From IMG/VR virus record IMGVR_UViG_3300032328_000227, positions 1-63,344 of that record: DNA of 63,344 nucleotides; one strand, written 5' to 3'. Each line of letters starts with the position of its first letter. The first letter of the stretch is position 1. A program made the position numbers and the translations under genes. This DNA comes from a virus. Its lineage: Duplodnaviria > Caudoviricetes. Positions 25,603 to 34,764 of this stretch are shown here, one piece after another. The notes below the pieces were generated by a model. The model was not told the origin of the DNA. It saw nothing but the letters and a program-made list of their open reading frames with translations, and made no database searches.

Positions 25603-26538
25603 ATGCCATATGGACACAGTAGAAATTCGGGTATCAATAAGATTAACAATTATGCTGAAGCACTAAAGCAATGGGAGGAAACTAAACCTATTCGCAGACG
25701 GGCAACCGATGATAGACCGCTAGGGCATAGACGCAATACGTGGTACATGATTAAAAAGCGCGATGCTGATGATGCTATTGAGTGCATTATGTACGCACAA
25801 CCTGTTGTTACCTTTTATAAAGATGGGCGGGTAGAGGTTAAGAATTATTCATATAACACTACTTCAACGGCAAACTTTATATGGGATGTGCTACGCAGAG
25901 AGGTGAACGCATATATCTTTGACCATAGCTTAATCATTGGCATAGGTGGCGTAGACCAACGACTTAGGCGTAGCGAGAGTTTATTTATTAAGCGCGGGGA
26001 TGATGGAAACTATCACTTTTTAGATAGCAAGCCCGAAGTCACGCATACAATCAACCGCGAAAACACAAAAGCAATCCGCGCAAGGCATAGCGACTTCATG
26101 CAATACATGGATGGTATGGCTAAGTTACGTGGGGCAGAGGCTTTTACTCGCGAGGAACTGACTAACCAATTAGGCAGAGAACTATACAACGTGGACTTTG
26201 GGCGTATTAGGCACTTTAATCACTTACACGATGATGGAAAAGAATTTATAAATAACATAGCAAAATTTAAGGAATACATATCCGACAAAAGCGAGGATAG
26301 ATTTGATGGGTATTACAAAGCAATGTTGATAATGGTGCATAGCTTTGGCAAGTACGATTGGAATACAAGCGGGTTTATTATCCGCGCGGATAGTTTAATA
26401 CGTGATTTTGATAGGGTGCTTATGGGCTTATACCGCGATGAGTATTTTAATGCGAACGTAACGGATAATGGCAGAGCCAAGCGCGATACCTATGGTGCGT
26501 ATTTTAGTGGTTTGTGGGATTTTTATAATAAAGCCTAA
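25603..26538 (+). CDS. Early hypothetical protein (311 aa)
   Basis: Long ORF with AAGGA RBS; KPIR.R...RPLG.RR motif. Confidence 0.8.
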   Translation: MPYGHSRNSGINKINNYAEALKQWEETKPIRRRATDDRPLGHRRNTWYMIKKRDADDAIECIMYAQPVVTFYKDGRVEVKNYSYNTTSTANFIWDVLRREVNAYIFDHSLIIGIGGVDQRLRRSESLFIKRGDDGNYHFLDSKPEVTHTINRENTKAIRARHSDFMQYMDGMAKLRGAEAFTREELTNQLGRELYNVDFGRIRHFNHLHDDGKEFINNIAKFKEYISDKSEDRFDGYYKAMLIMVHSFGKYDWNTSGFIIRADSLIRDFDRVLMGLYRDEYFNANVTDNGRAKRDTYGAYFSGLWDFYNKA

Positions 26539-26596
26539 CATTGTTAGGCAATGACCAAAGCAGTTGACTTATTTATAACATTGTAATACAATGTTA
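26534..26596 (+). promoter_or_regulatory. Perfect palindrome plus early promoter PE3
   Basis: CCTAACATTGTTAGG 26534-48; GACCAAA; TTGACT(26564)-N17-TACAAT(26587); the -10 lies inside palindrome TAACATTGTA-A-TACAATGTTA. Confidence 0.8.
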
Positions 26597-26643
26597 AACA
26601 GTAGCAAGCAGTATCATTTTAACTTTACTTTAAGGAACGTATC

Positions 26644-27711
26644 ATGGCTGAATTAAATTTTGGTAAGACAGTAACACTAGCGCAAGCGGCACAATTGATT
26701 TTAGCAACACCGATGAATAGATACCTGTTGCAAGGTGAAGCGGGTATAGGCAAATCATCATTACTTAAAACATTATCGGCACAATTGCCAAATCATGAAG
26801 TGGCATACCTTGATGTGCCTAACATGGACTTAGGTGACATTGCAATGCCTGTTATCAATCATGAGAATAAGACAACGGCATACTATCCGAACTCACGCTT
26901 TAAGGTACATACAGGCAACCCTGTTATAACAATGTTAGATGAGTTTACCAAAGGTGCTGAACCTGTAAAAAATATGTTGCACCCCTTACTTGAGGTAGCT
27001 AACCCGCGCTTGGGTGATATATCAGTCAACCCTAAGAGCATTATCTTTTTAACAGGTAACTTAGGAAGTGATGGACTAGGTGACAACCTTAAAGCGCATA
27101 GTAGAAATCGTATCATCCCGCTAACAGTACGCAAGCCGAACGCGGAGGAGTGGATTGAGTGGGCAATGAATAATGGTATCGCGCCCGAAGTGTTAGCTTG
27201 GGTACGACAATTCCCTCATGCGTTAGCGAGTTACCTAGAGGGTGACCAACAAGAAAATCCGTATATCTACAATCCAAAAAAGGTACAGACCGCGTTCGTA
27301 TCCCCACGTAGCTTAGAGCGTGTAAGTGAGATTGTTAAGGTACGCAGTAAGATTGATATGGACACATTGATATGTGCTATGAGTGGCGCAATCGGTGAGA
27401 GTGCATCACGTGATATGCAAGCGTACATTGACTATTCAGACCAATTAGAGCCGTTCGAGAATGTGGTTAAGAACCCTAAAACCGCGCGTGTACCCGATAG
27501 CGCAGGGGCTAGTGCAATTATGATTTTTGGTGCAATCGCTAGTGTTACTAAAGAAAGCATTGGTAACTTTATGGACTACCTAGAACGCTTTGAACCCGAA
27601 TGGCAAGCGTGTTTTGCAATCAACATTGCCAAGAACCCGACCAAGCAATCAATTGCATTTAGCAGTAGCAAATTTGCTGATTGGGTACAAAAGAACGAGG
27701 ACTTACTTTAA
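26644..27711 (+). CDS. MoxR-like AAA+ ATPase
   Basis: GEAGIGKS Walker A, MLDEF Walker B, TGN sensor-1, SPRS sensor-2. Confidence 0.9.
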   Translation: MAELNFGKTVTLAQAAQLILATPMNRYLLQGEAGIGKSSLLKTLSAQLPNHEVAYLDVPNMDLGDIAMPVINHENKTTAYYPNSRFKVHTGNPVITMLDEFTKGAEPVKNMLHPLLEVANPRLGDISVNPKSIIFLTGNLGSDGLGDNLKAHSRNRIIPLTVRKPNAEEWIEWAMNNGIAPEVLAWVRQFPHALASYLEGDQQENPYIYNPKKVQTAFVSPRSLERVSEIVKVRSKIDMDTLICAMSGAIGESASRDMQAYIDYSDQLEPFENVVKNPKTARVPDSAGASAIMIFGAIASVTKESIGNFMDYLERFEPEWQACFAINIAKNPTKQSIAFSSSKFADWVQKNEDLL

Positions 27712-27723
27712 GGAGAACTAACA

Positions 27724-28965
27724 ATGTTAGCTGAACAAACAGAAATAGTAGTACGTGACAAAGAAGAACGTAGGCTTAGTAAGATTAAGATTAGCATTAT
27801 GCGTAACCCGAAGTTTGCATTGTGGAGTGGCTTGATGACAGTGGGTAAGACCGCTATTACAGACAATCCGAATGTACCAACGGCATCTACCAATGGGCGT
27901 GATGAGCTTTATGGGCGCAAGTTTGTGCAGGGTATGGATGATAAAGAGTTTACGTTCGTAGTATTACATGAAACTTTGCATAAAGCATACAGGCATATCA
28001 CTACATGGCGTAAGTTAGCCGAGCAAGACAGACAGCTATGCAACCTAGCGAATGACTTTGTGATTAACTTGCAATTGAAAGATTTAGACTCGAACGAGAG
28101 TTTCATGGCAATGCCAACGAAAGATGGTAAGGCTCTTGGATATGTTGATGAGAAGTATCGCGGGATGAATACCAAACAAGTGTTTGACTTACTTAAAGAG
28201 GACAAAGAGAACCGCGAGGGTATCTTTGCTGATAGCGATGATGAGCCTAACAGTATGGATGACCATGATTGGGATGGTGGTAAAAATCTTACTGAGGCAG
28301 AAAAGACCGCACTTGCTAAAGAGATTGACCAAGCTATACGACAGGGCATCATTGCACATAACAAGGTAGCAGGTAGTGGGCGGGGTGGGCTAGACCGCGC
28401 ATTGGAGGAGATGGTAGAACCCGAAGTTGATTGGCGCGAGGTACTACGTGAGTTTGTTAAAGCTACGTGCAATGCTAAAGATGCAAGCAGTTGGCGTAGG
28501 GTAAATCGCCGTTACTTATCAACCGATACGTATATGCCTAGCATGGTAGGTGAGAGTGTAGGGCATTTAGTTATCGGCATTGATACGAGTGGCTCTATTC
28601 AAGGTAGGGAACTATCAGAATTTTTGGCAGAGGTGCAAGCTATCGCAACCGAAGTGCATCCCGAAAAAGTAGATTTGTTTTATTGGGATAGTGAAGTTGC
28701 AGGGCATGAGGAATATGACATGGCTACATTGCCTAACATTGTTAGCTCAACAAAGCCAAAAGGTGGTGGTGGTACAAACCCGACTTGTATGATTGACTAT
28801 ATGCAAGAGAAAGGTATTAAGCCCGAAGCAATCATTATCTTAACTGACGGCTATATTGACAGATGGGGGGACAATTGGAACGCGCCTGTATTATGGACTA
28901 TCGTGCGTAACAAGAAAACATATGCACCAATAGGTAAAACAATTCATGTGAGAGAGGAATACTAA
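27724..28965 (+). CDS. Metallopeptidase-like + vWA domain protein (DUF2201-type)
   Basis: HETLH (HExxH), DTSGS MIDAS, GGGGT, LTDG. Confidence 0.9.
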   Translation: MLAEQTEIVVRDKEERRLSKIKISIMRNPKFALWSGLMTVGKTAITDNPNVPTASTNGRDELYGRKFVQGMDDKEFTFVVLHETLHKAYRHITTWRKLAEQDRQLCNLANDFVINLQLKDLDSNESFMAMPTKDGKALGYVDEKYRGMNTKQVFDLLKEDKENREGIFADSDDEPNSMDDHDWDGGKNLTEAEKTALAKEIDQAIRQGIIAHNKVAGSGRGGLDRALEEMVEPEVDWREVLREFVKATCNAKDASSWRRVNRRYLSTDTYMPSMVGESVGHLVIGIDTSGSIQGRELSEFLAEVQAIATEVHPEKVDLFYWDSEVAGHEEYDMATLPNIVSSTKPKGGGGTNPTCMIDYMQEKGIKPEAIIILTDGYIDRWGDNWNAPVLWTIVRNKKTYAPIGKTIHVREEY

Positions 28966-28966
28966 G

Positions 28967-29146
28967 ATGGCGTACTTTAAGGTTTTAATTACAGAAAAGT
29001 TTGTGTACGAAATATTGGTTAGAGCTAATGATGAAGCCGATGCAATCAAACAAGCAAATACCTTTGATGGCTCATGGGGTGAGCCAATACACACTTCAAC
29101 AGATACGTATGATGTAACAGAATTGGAGATTAAAAATGTTAGCTAA
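28967..29146 (+). CDS. Small hypothetical protein (59 aa, not in ORF track)
   Basis: MAYFKVLITE...VRANDEADAI...*; GAGGA RBS. Confidence 0.6.
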   Translation: MAYFKVLITEKFVYEILVRANDEADAIKQANTFDGSWGEPIHTSTDTYDVTELEIKNVS

Positions 29147-30038
29147 TATCAAATTACATAGCGAGGAAATAGAGTTACGCGATGGCAGTAGGGTAACGTT
29201 ACAAGTGCAGGGTAAACCTAGCGCAATGATGTTTGTAGAGGAACTTGCCAAGAGGCATCCAACGTGGACATTCACACCAAACAGCGTTAGCCGTGACTAT
29301 AAGAACGTAGATTATAACGGCAGAACATATAGTGAAGTAGATTCACTATGGGCATACGAGTTTACTGTAACGCAAGGTAAAGATATATTAGGTAGGCTAG
29401 GTGCAGAGTATTGGGGTGGGAATAGGTTTTTTGTAACTAATGACCGCATCATGAAAGAGCGACAACGTGGTAGCGTTACGCGCACAAAAGACTTAAAGAA
29501 AGCTCTTAAGCTAGTATCAAAAATGTTTTTCCCTAAGACTGACAAGGAATTAGTTAAAGAAATAACTATTAGGGGTAAAGATATATTAGGTAATTATAGG
29601 TACAGAAAGCAACAAAACTTTCATGACATATGGCGCAACATGAATAAAGGTATGTTACTTTATATCAGAGAAAACCTTGCCGAGTTTAGGGCGTTTACGG
29701 CGGGTGCAGGAATGAGTATTGATGGACTTGAAAACTTTGAAACCGCATGGCAAGAAAAAGACAAATCAAGTGAACTAGAGAAAGCATACGCAGAGGGTAG
29801 AGCTAGTATGGTGACATTGATGGGCGATGTGTTTTACTTTACATTCAAAGATACACCCGCAGTTTCATTCCATCGTGATGAGGTAACGCCCGAAATCAAA
29901 ACTAAAGTGGGTATGCTTAAATTAGTAGCCAATGGTGAAGCAATAGATAACGTGGGTTTCAAATGCGAGGAGGATGTGTTTGTTATCAATATGCTACCTA
30001 ACATTGTTAGGCAAGGAGGACAGAGTGAAGCTAGTTAA
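29136..30038 (+). CDS. Hypothetical protein (300 aa)
   Basis: Long ORF, GGAG RBS; contains a perfect palindrome at 29997-30011. Confidence 0.8.
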   Translation: MLANIKLHSEEIELRDGSRVTLQVQGKPSAMMFVEELAKRHPTWTFTPNSVSRDYKNVDYNGRTYSEVDSLWAYEFTVTQGKDILGRLGAEYWGGNRFFVTNDRIMKERQRGSVTRTKDLKKALKLVSKMFFPKTDKELVKEITIRGKDILGNYRYRKQQNFHDIWRNMNKGMLLYIRENLAEFRAFTAGAGMSIDGLENFETAWQEKDKSSELEKAYAEGRASMVTLMGDVFYFTFKDTPAVSFHRDEVTPEIKTKVGMLKLVANGEAIDNVGFKCEEDVFVINMLPNIVRQGGQSEAS

Positions 30039-30198
30039 GAAAGAAAAAATAATGACACCACCTAAAACACCATCTGTTTTTGATAAAGATTTTAAGTATG
30101 TAAAAGCCGAGCATACTGATGTTGCGCGAACATGGCGCAAACATGGGTGGACACCACCATCGGAAAATCGTAATAAAACTAAGGAGAAAGGATTGTGA
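30025..30198 (+). CDS. Hypothetical protein
   Basis: GTG start after GGAGG; F.YV.A..TDV..TWRK.GW.PP motif. Confidence 0.6.
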   Translation: MKLVKKEKIMTPPKTPSVFDKDFKYVKAEHTDVARTWRKHGWTPPSENRNKTKEKGL

Positions 30199-30377
30199 GA
30201 GGTAAAAAAGCAAACCATGTATCACTAAAACTAATTAGCTTGCGACTTGATAAGGATGTGTATGACTACCTAGTTAAACACTACCCGACTAAAATCCAAG
30301 CGACAATCAGAGCTGTATTAAAAGATTTTACAAACCTAAATGGAGAACGAAATGACAACGACACAACCAACATTTAA
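30195..30377 (+). CDS. Ribbon-helix-helix (BrnA-like) DNA-binding protein
   Basis: ISLRLDKDVYDYL...IRAVL pattern; AGGAG RBS. Confidence 0.65.
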   Translation: MRGKKANHVSLKLISLRLDKDVYDYLVKHYPTKIQATIRAVLKDFTNLNGERNDNDTTNI

Positions 30378-30807
30378 GAAACAAAAGATTAACAGAACGG
30401 CGCGAGTAAGACAGATGTTAGCTACCCGCCCCGACTTATCGCCTAAGACAATTGCTGAACGCGCTAAGGTAAACGTAACAATAGTATATGAGCAACGCAA
30501 ACTAATGCGTGACGCGCAAAGTACAGGTGCTAAGTTACCCGAAGTAGCAACACGCATTGCAGTAGGTAAATCAACAGAAGCTAAAGCAGAAGTTAAAGCA
30601 GATGTTAAGCCACAAGTCAAGGAAGAAATTATGCCTAAGTATTCGGAAAAATACACAAAGGCAGTTGATTTAATAGCCGACTATAAGCTAAACTTCAATC
30701 TAGGTAGCGCAGTAGCTCATATCTTTAGAGCCAATAGCGACAACAAACGTGCAGACATTAAAGCCGCAATATGGTATTTAACTAATGAGTTGCTGACTAC
30801 CGACTAA
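30352..30807 (+). CDS. HTH + DUF3310-like protein
   Basis: N-terminal LSPKTIAERAKV..TIVY HTH; C-terminal NFNLG.A...RA...DIKAAIWYL. Confidence 0.6.
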   Translation: MTTTQPTFKKQKINRTARVRQMLATRPDLSPKTIAERAKVNVTIVYEQRKLMRDAQSTGAKLPEVATRIAVGKSTEAKAEVKADVKPQVKEEIMPKYSEKYTKAVDLIADYKLNFNLGSAVAHIFRANSDNKRADIKAAIWYLTNELLTTD

Positions 30808-30815
30808 TAAAATTA

Positions 30816-30960
30816 AAGGGGTTACGATACAACCCGATTTGCTAGTAGCCTTGTAGATGCGAAAACAAATCGGGGTTAGCTAATTACCCCAAACGTTTTC
30901 AATTAGCTAATTCCTTTCACGCCTTGAGGTGGGCAAGTAATCTACATATCCCACCACCCT
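30816..30960 (+). ncRNA. Candidate structured RNA with three stems and a loop-loop pseudoknot
   Basis: Stems CCCGATTTG/CAAATCGGG, TTAGCTAATT/AATTAGCTAA and GGTGGG/CCCACC; complementary loops TGTAGAT/ATCTACA. Confidence 0.55.
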
Positions 30961-30991
30961 CCCCCCTCTCAAAAATAAATCTATTCTCCCC

Positions 30992-31019
30992 TTGACTTTG
31001 TCCAACCATGTGTTATCAT
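30992..31019 (+). promoter_or_regulatory. Promoter (class 2), probably driving a leaderless mRNA
   Basis: TTGACT-N16-TATCAT with TG extension; ATG at 31025. Confidence 0.55.
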
Positions 31020-31024
31020 GGGCT

Positions 31025-31345
31025 ATGGCACTTACCCCTGAAAAGAAAGTTAAAGACCGAGCCGTTAAGCTACTTAAGGCTCATGGCATATATTACTTTT
31101 TCCCCGCAACACATGGGTATGGGCGTAGTGGTGTGCCTGACATTATATGTTGCGCCAACGGATTATTCTTAGGCATAGAGTGTAAAGCAGGTGACAACAA
31201 GCCAACCGCCTTGCAAGAAAAAGAGATGCAGAGCATCCGAGATGCAGGTGGCAGGACAATCGTAATCAACGAAAATAACCTAACATTGTTAGGTGAGCTA
31301 ATAGAGGAATTATCAAATGAACAAAGGCGTACAAATATTACTTGA
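31025..31345 (+). CDS. VRR-NUC nuclease
   Basis: GVPDII.C..G.F.GIECKA...PT.LQ; contains a 17-bp palindrome at 31278-31294. Confidence 0.88.
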   Translation: MALTPEKKVKDRAVKLLKAHGIYYFFPATHGYGRSGVPDIICCANGLFLGIECKAGDNKPTALQEKEMQSIRDAGGRTIVINENNLTLLGELIEELSNEQRRTNIT

Positions 31346-31778
31346 ACGGATGGAAAGTAATCCCGATGAGTTTTATGTGAATAGCAAGACAGCCGTAAAG
31401 TGGCGCGACATAGTAGAGCAAATCTATCAACGTGTTGACGCACACTTCAAAAACCCCAATGCTAAACCGCATTGGGAACACCAATTACATTTTTTAAGCA
31501 TGGCAGAAATAATAGAGCTGCGCGATAAAATGCAACAGATACGTGCAGAAGAGTTTACCCAAGATGTTATGGCTAGACTTCTTGCTGATGCAGATGATGG
31601 GAACTATCATGCTTCCGCCCAATACCAAAGCAATACGCCCAAAACAATTTCGGTTCCTAATTCGCAGATAGACATAATGCGTGGATACTTAGAGCAACAA
31701 TCTAAAACAGAAAAACAAGAGTTATATGATGCTTTAACTAAACTTGAAACTAGACGTGCGTTTGGTAAAGGCAAATGA
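31317..31778 (+). CDS. Hypothetical protein
   Basis: MN.GV.ILL.RMESNP.EF N-terminus; GAGGA RBS. Confidence 0.75.
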   Translation: MNKGVQILLERMESNPDEFYVNSKTAVKWRDIVEQIYQRVDAHFKNPNAKPHWEHQLHFLSMAEIIELRDKMQQIRAEEFTQDVMARLLADADDGNYHASAQYQSNTPKTISVPNSQIDIMRGYLEQQSKTEKQELYDALTKLETRRAFGKGK

Positions 31779-33598
31779 AAATCATCACGTTAGATTTTGA
31801 AACATATTACTCCCAAACATTTTCATTGAGCAAAATGACTACGGAAGAATACATACGCTCACCCGAATTTGAGGTGATTGGCGTAGCTGTGGGTGTTGAT
31901 GATGCTGACCCTGTATGGTTTAGTGGTACTAAGACACAGATGCAAGGGTTCTTAGATGGCTTGAGTATGCACGAGCATATGGTAGTTGCACATAACGCTG
32001 TGTTTGATATGGCTATATTAAGTTGGCATTTTGGCATCTTCCCTAAAGCAATCATTGATACCTTATCTATGGCACGTGCTATTCATGGTACAGAAGTTGG
32101 TGGGAGTTTAGCTAAGTTGGCTGAACATTATGGTGCTGGTGTTAAAGGTACGGAAGTTGTTAATGCACTTGGAAAGCGGAGGATAGATTTTGATGCGGAA
32201 AGCCTTCTTTGTTATGGTGAATATTGTATTAATGATGTGGCTCTTACACAACGTATCTTTGCTGAGATGAGTAAAGACTTCCCATTAGTTGAGTATAAAT
32301 TGATTGACTTAACTATACGGATGTTTACAGAACCAAGCCTTGAGCTAGATGAAACTGTATTGCGTGGGCATCTTGAAGTAGTCAAAAAAGAGAAAGAAGC
32401 ATTACTTGATATTGTTGATATAGATAAAAAGCAATTGATGAGCAATGAAATGTTTGCTAACGCTTTATATGAACTAGGTGTAGCGCCACCACGTAAGATT
32501 AGCCCGACTACAGGCAAAGAAACATGGGCATTTGCTAAGACTGATGAGGAGTTTAAAGCATTAGCAGAACACCCGAAGCCTATGGTGCAAGCGTTAGTTG
32601 CGGCTCGTCTTGGTACTAAGTCAACACTTGAAGAAACGCGCACCGAAAGATTTATTGGGATTGCCAATCGGGGCAAGCTACCTATCCCGCTTAGATATTA
32701 CGCGGCTCATACGGGTAGATGGGGTGGCGATGACAAAGTAAACCTGCAAAACTTACCTCGTGCATCCGTTTTGAAACATGCAATTTTAGCCCCGGGTGGT
32801 TATTTGATGGTTGATGCAGATAGCTCGCAAATTGAAGCGCGAACACTAGCGTGGTTGGCAGAACAGAACGACCTTGTTGATGCGTTTGCTAGAAACGAGG
32901 ATGTTTATAAAATTATGGCAAGCAGTATTTACGGAAAGCCAGTCAATGAAATCACAAAACCCGAACGATTTATGGGTAAGACGACAATTTTGGGTGCAGG
33001 GTATGGGATGGGTTCAGTTAAGTTCCAAGCCCAGTTGCTCCGTGACAATGTTGAACTTACAGCCGATGAAACAAAGCGCATCATTGATGTGTACCGAAGT
33101 ACCTATGAGTGGATACCTATTCTTTGGCGACAAGCAGGGCTTGCACTAGAAGCAATTTTGAATGACCAAACCGCCCCGCTTGGGCGCAAGGGTGTGCTAT
33201 CAGTTGAAGGGCGTAAAGGTATCAGACTGCCTAATGGTATGTATATTAAGTACCCAAACTTACGTAAACAATTAAATGAAAAAGGTAAAGACGAGTTTGT
33301 TTACGACACGAAGAAAGGGAAAGCCACCATCCCGAACCGCATCTATGGTGGCAAAGTAGTTGAGAATGTATGTCAAGCACTTGCGCGTATTGCTATTGGC
33401 GAACAGATGTTGCAAGTAAATAAGAAGTATAAAGTAGTAATGACTGTGCATGATGCTATTGCTTGTATCGTACCCGAAGCAGAAGTAAGTACCGCAGTTG
33501 AGTATGTTGAGATGTGCATGAGGATGCGACCTAAGTGGGGTATGGACTTACCATTAAATTGTGAATCGGGCTATGGAAAATCATATGGAAATTGTTGA
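31775..33598 (+). CDS. polA: DNA polymerase family A with 3'-5' exonuclease
   Basis: DFET exoI, HNA.FD, TGRW, DSSQIEAR motif A, KTTILGAGYG motif B, VHD motif C. Confidence 0.95.
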   Translation: MKIITLDFETYYSQTFSLSKMTTEEYIRSPEFEVIGVAVGVDDADPVWFSGTKTQMQGFLDGLSMHEHMVVAHNAVFDMAILSWHFGIFPKAIIDTLSMARAIHGTEVGGSLAKLAEHYGAGVKGTEVVNALGKRRIDFDAESLLCYGEYCINDVALTQRIFAEMSKDFPLVEYKLIDLTIRMFTEPSLELDETVLRGHLEVVKKEKEALLDIVDIDKKQLMSNEMFANALYELGVAPPRKISPTTGKETWAFAKTDEEFKALAEHPKPMVQALVAARLGTKSTLEETRTERFIGIANRGKLPIPLRYYAAHTGRWGGDDKVNLQNLPRASVLKHAILAPGGYLMVDADSSQIEARTLAWLAEQNDLVDAFARNEDVYKIMASSIYGKPVNEITKPERFMGKTTILGAGYGMGSVKFQAQLLRDNVELTADETKRIIDVYRSTYEWIPILWRQAGLALEAILNDQTAPLGRKGVLSVEGRKGIRLPNGMYIKYPNLRKQLNEKGKDEFVYDTKKGKATIPNRIYGGKVVENVCQALARIAIGEQMLQVNKKYKVVMTVHDAIACIVPEAEVSTAVEYVEMCMRMRPKWGMDLPLNCESGYGKSYGNC

Positions 33599-33818
33599 GG
33601 AAGAGATACGCCCCCTTATACGGCGTAAATTAACCCCAAACCAATTAAAAACCGCAAGGATGATTGGAGGGATTAATAATCAAACCCATCAAGATGAGGG
33701 GTTTGATGACATAAATATAAACATTATTGTGGAGGAATGTATGCGGAACGTAGACCAACAAAGTGGGTTTGCATTTAGTGATGTAGTTTCGCATAGAAAT
33801 TCGTGGACGCAGTATTAA
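33585..33818 (+). CDS. Hypothetical protein
   Basis: ORF overlapping the end of polA. Confidence 0.5.
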   Translation: MEIVEEEIRPLIRRKLTPNQLKTARMIGGINNQTHQDEGFDDININIIVEECMRNVDQQSGFAFSDVVSHRNSWTQY

Positions 33819-33834
33819 TGAAAGGAGAAGCGTA

Positions 33835-34266
33835 ATGCAAGTAAAAGCATCAGTTGAAGGTGAGAAAATTCGTATACGGATACTAGACTACATGGTAGGT
33901 AAAGAAGTAACTAGCGGTGAACTACAAGACGCTTTAAGTCTATCCAAGTGCCAAGTAGACCACTTTATAAAAGTTTTACGTAACTCTAGGCATATCTATA
34001 GAGAGCGTTTAAGTGGTTGCTCATACAAGTATGGGCGAACAAGTGCGGTATATGTACCAAAAGACTATTCTAAATTGTTAGATAAAGCTACTGATGAAGA
34101 ACTGATGGAAGAAAATGAGGAAGAGAAAGTTGAAATAAAACCTACAGTACCTCACGCTCGCATCGTTCGATTACTAAAAACGCCAATAGCTCCTCCGCCA
34201 AGACGTAAGGGTGGGCATATGTTTAGTGGTATTCAGAGTGGATTGGGGATGTTTGATGGACATTAA
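33835..34266 (+). CDS. Winged-HTH-like protein
   Basis: ILDYM...TSGELQDALSLSK.QV..F...L pattern; AGGAG RBS. Confidence 0.6.
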   Translation: MQVKASVEGEKIRIRILDYMVGKEVTSGELQDALSLSKCQVDHFIKVLRNSRHIYRERLSGCSYKYGRTSAVYVPKDYSKLLDKATDEELMEENEEEKVEIKPTVPHARIVRLLKTPIAPPPRRKGGHMFSGIQSGLGMFDGH

Positions 34267-34627
34267 AGTTAGTTATGACAAATGGACGAATGGAGTAAAA
34301 GTTATGGGAAGCGGAGCAGATAAAGAATGGGTAGACCCAATGGATGCATATAAACGAAGTACAGAATATGAAGCAACACCAAAGGGGTGGGTACCAACAA
34401 AAGAAAAATCAGACGGGGCAACGGCTAGTTATTATGAGTTACCTGATGGCGCAACCGAGTTGCAAGATTTAATTAGCGATAGGAATATGAACGCACAGAT
34501 TGGTGAGATATTCCGAGAGTGCTATCGGTATGGCAGGGCATCGCATAGTGATGAAGTACGGGGAATTAAAAAGATTTTGTTTTATGCAAAAGCTGAACTT
34601 GAACGGTTACAACGGTTAAATAAATAA
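34256..34627 (+). CDS. DUF3310-like protein
   Basis: DG.TASYY...LQDLI...M...GEIF...YRYG...KKI.FYA. Confidence 0.65.
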   Translation: MDIKVSYDKWTNGVKVMGSGADKEWVDPMDAYKRSTEYEATPKGWVPTKEKSDGATASYYELPDGATELQDLISDRNMNAQIGEIFRECYRYGRASHSDEVRGIKKILFYAKAELERLQRLNK

Positions 34628-34761
34628 TGTGGGTGCTACTTGACGAAGAAGGCGAAGCCGTTAGGTATTTTGATTATGCCCATGAAGGTGCAGTAGAAAT
34701 AGTAGAGAAGAAGTTATCGTACATGGAATTATTAGATGCGGTAGGTGATTGTTTGTTTTAG
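34627..34761 (+). CDS. Small acidic protein (44 aa, not in ORF track)
   Basis: MWVLLDEEGEAVRYF...GDCLF*; TAATG coupling. Confidence 0.6.
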   Translation: MWVLLDEEGEAVRYFDYAHEGAVEIVEKKLSYMELLDAVGDCLF

Positions 34762-34764
34762 CTA

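Noticed and set aside
22287-31294. Palindrome copies as a CRISPR array or as known matS/parS/LexA sites
   Set aside because: Spacing is kb-scale and irregular, with no spacer structure. Only the ACAWTGT core resembles matS (GTGACRNYGTCAC), and the arms differ; there is no match to parS or CTGT-N8-ACAG.
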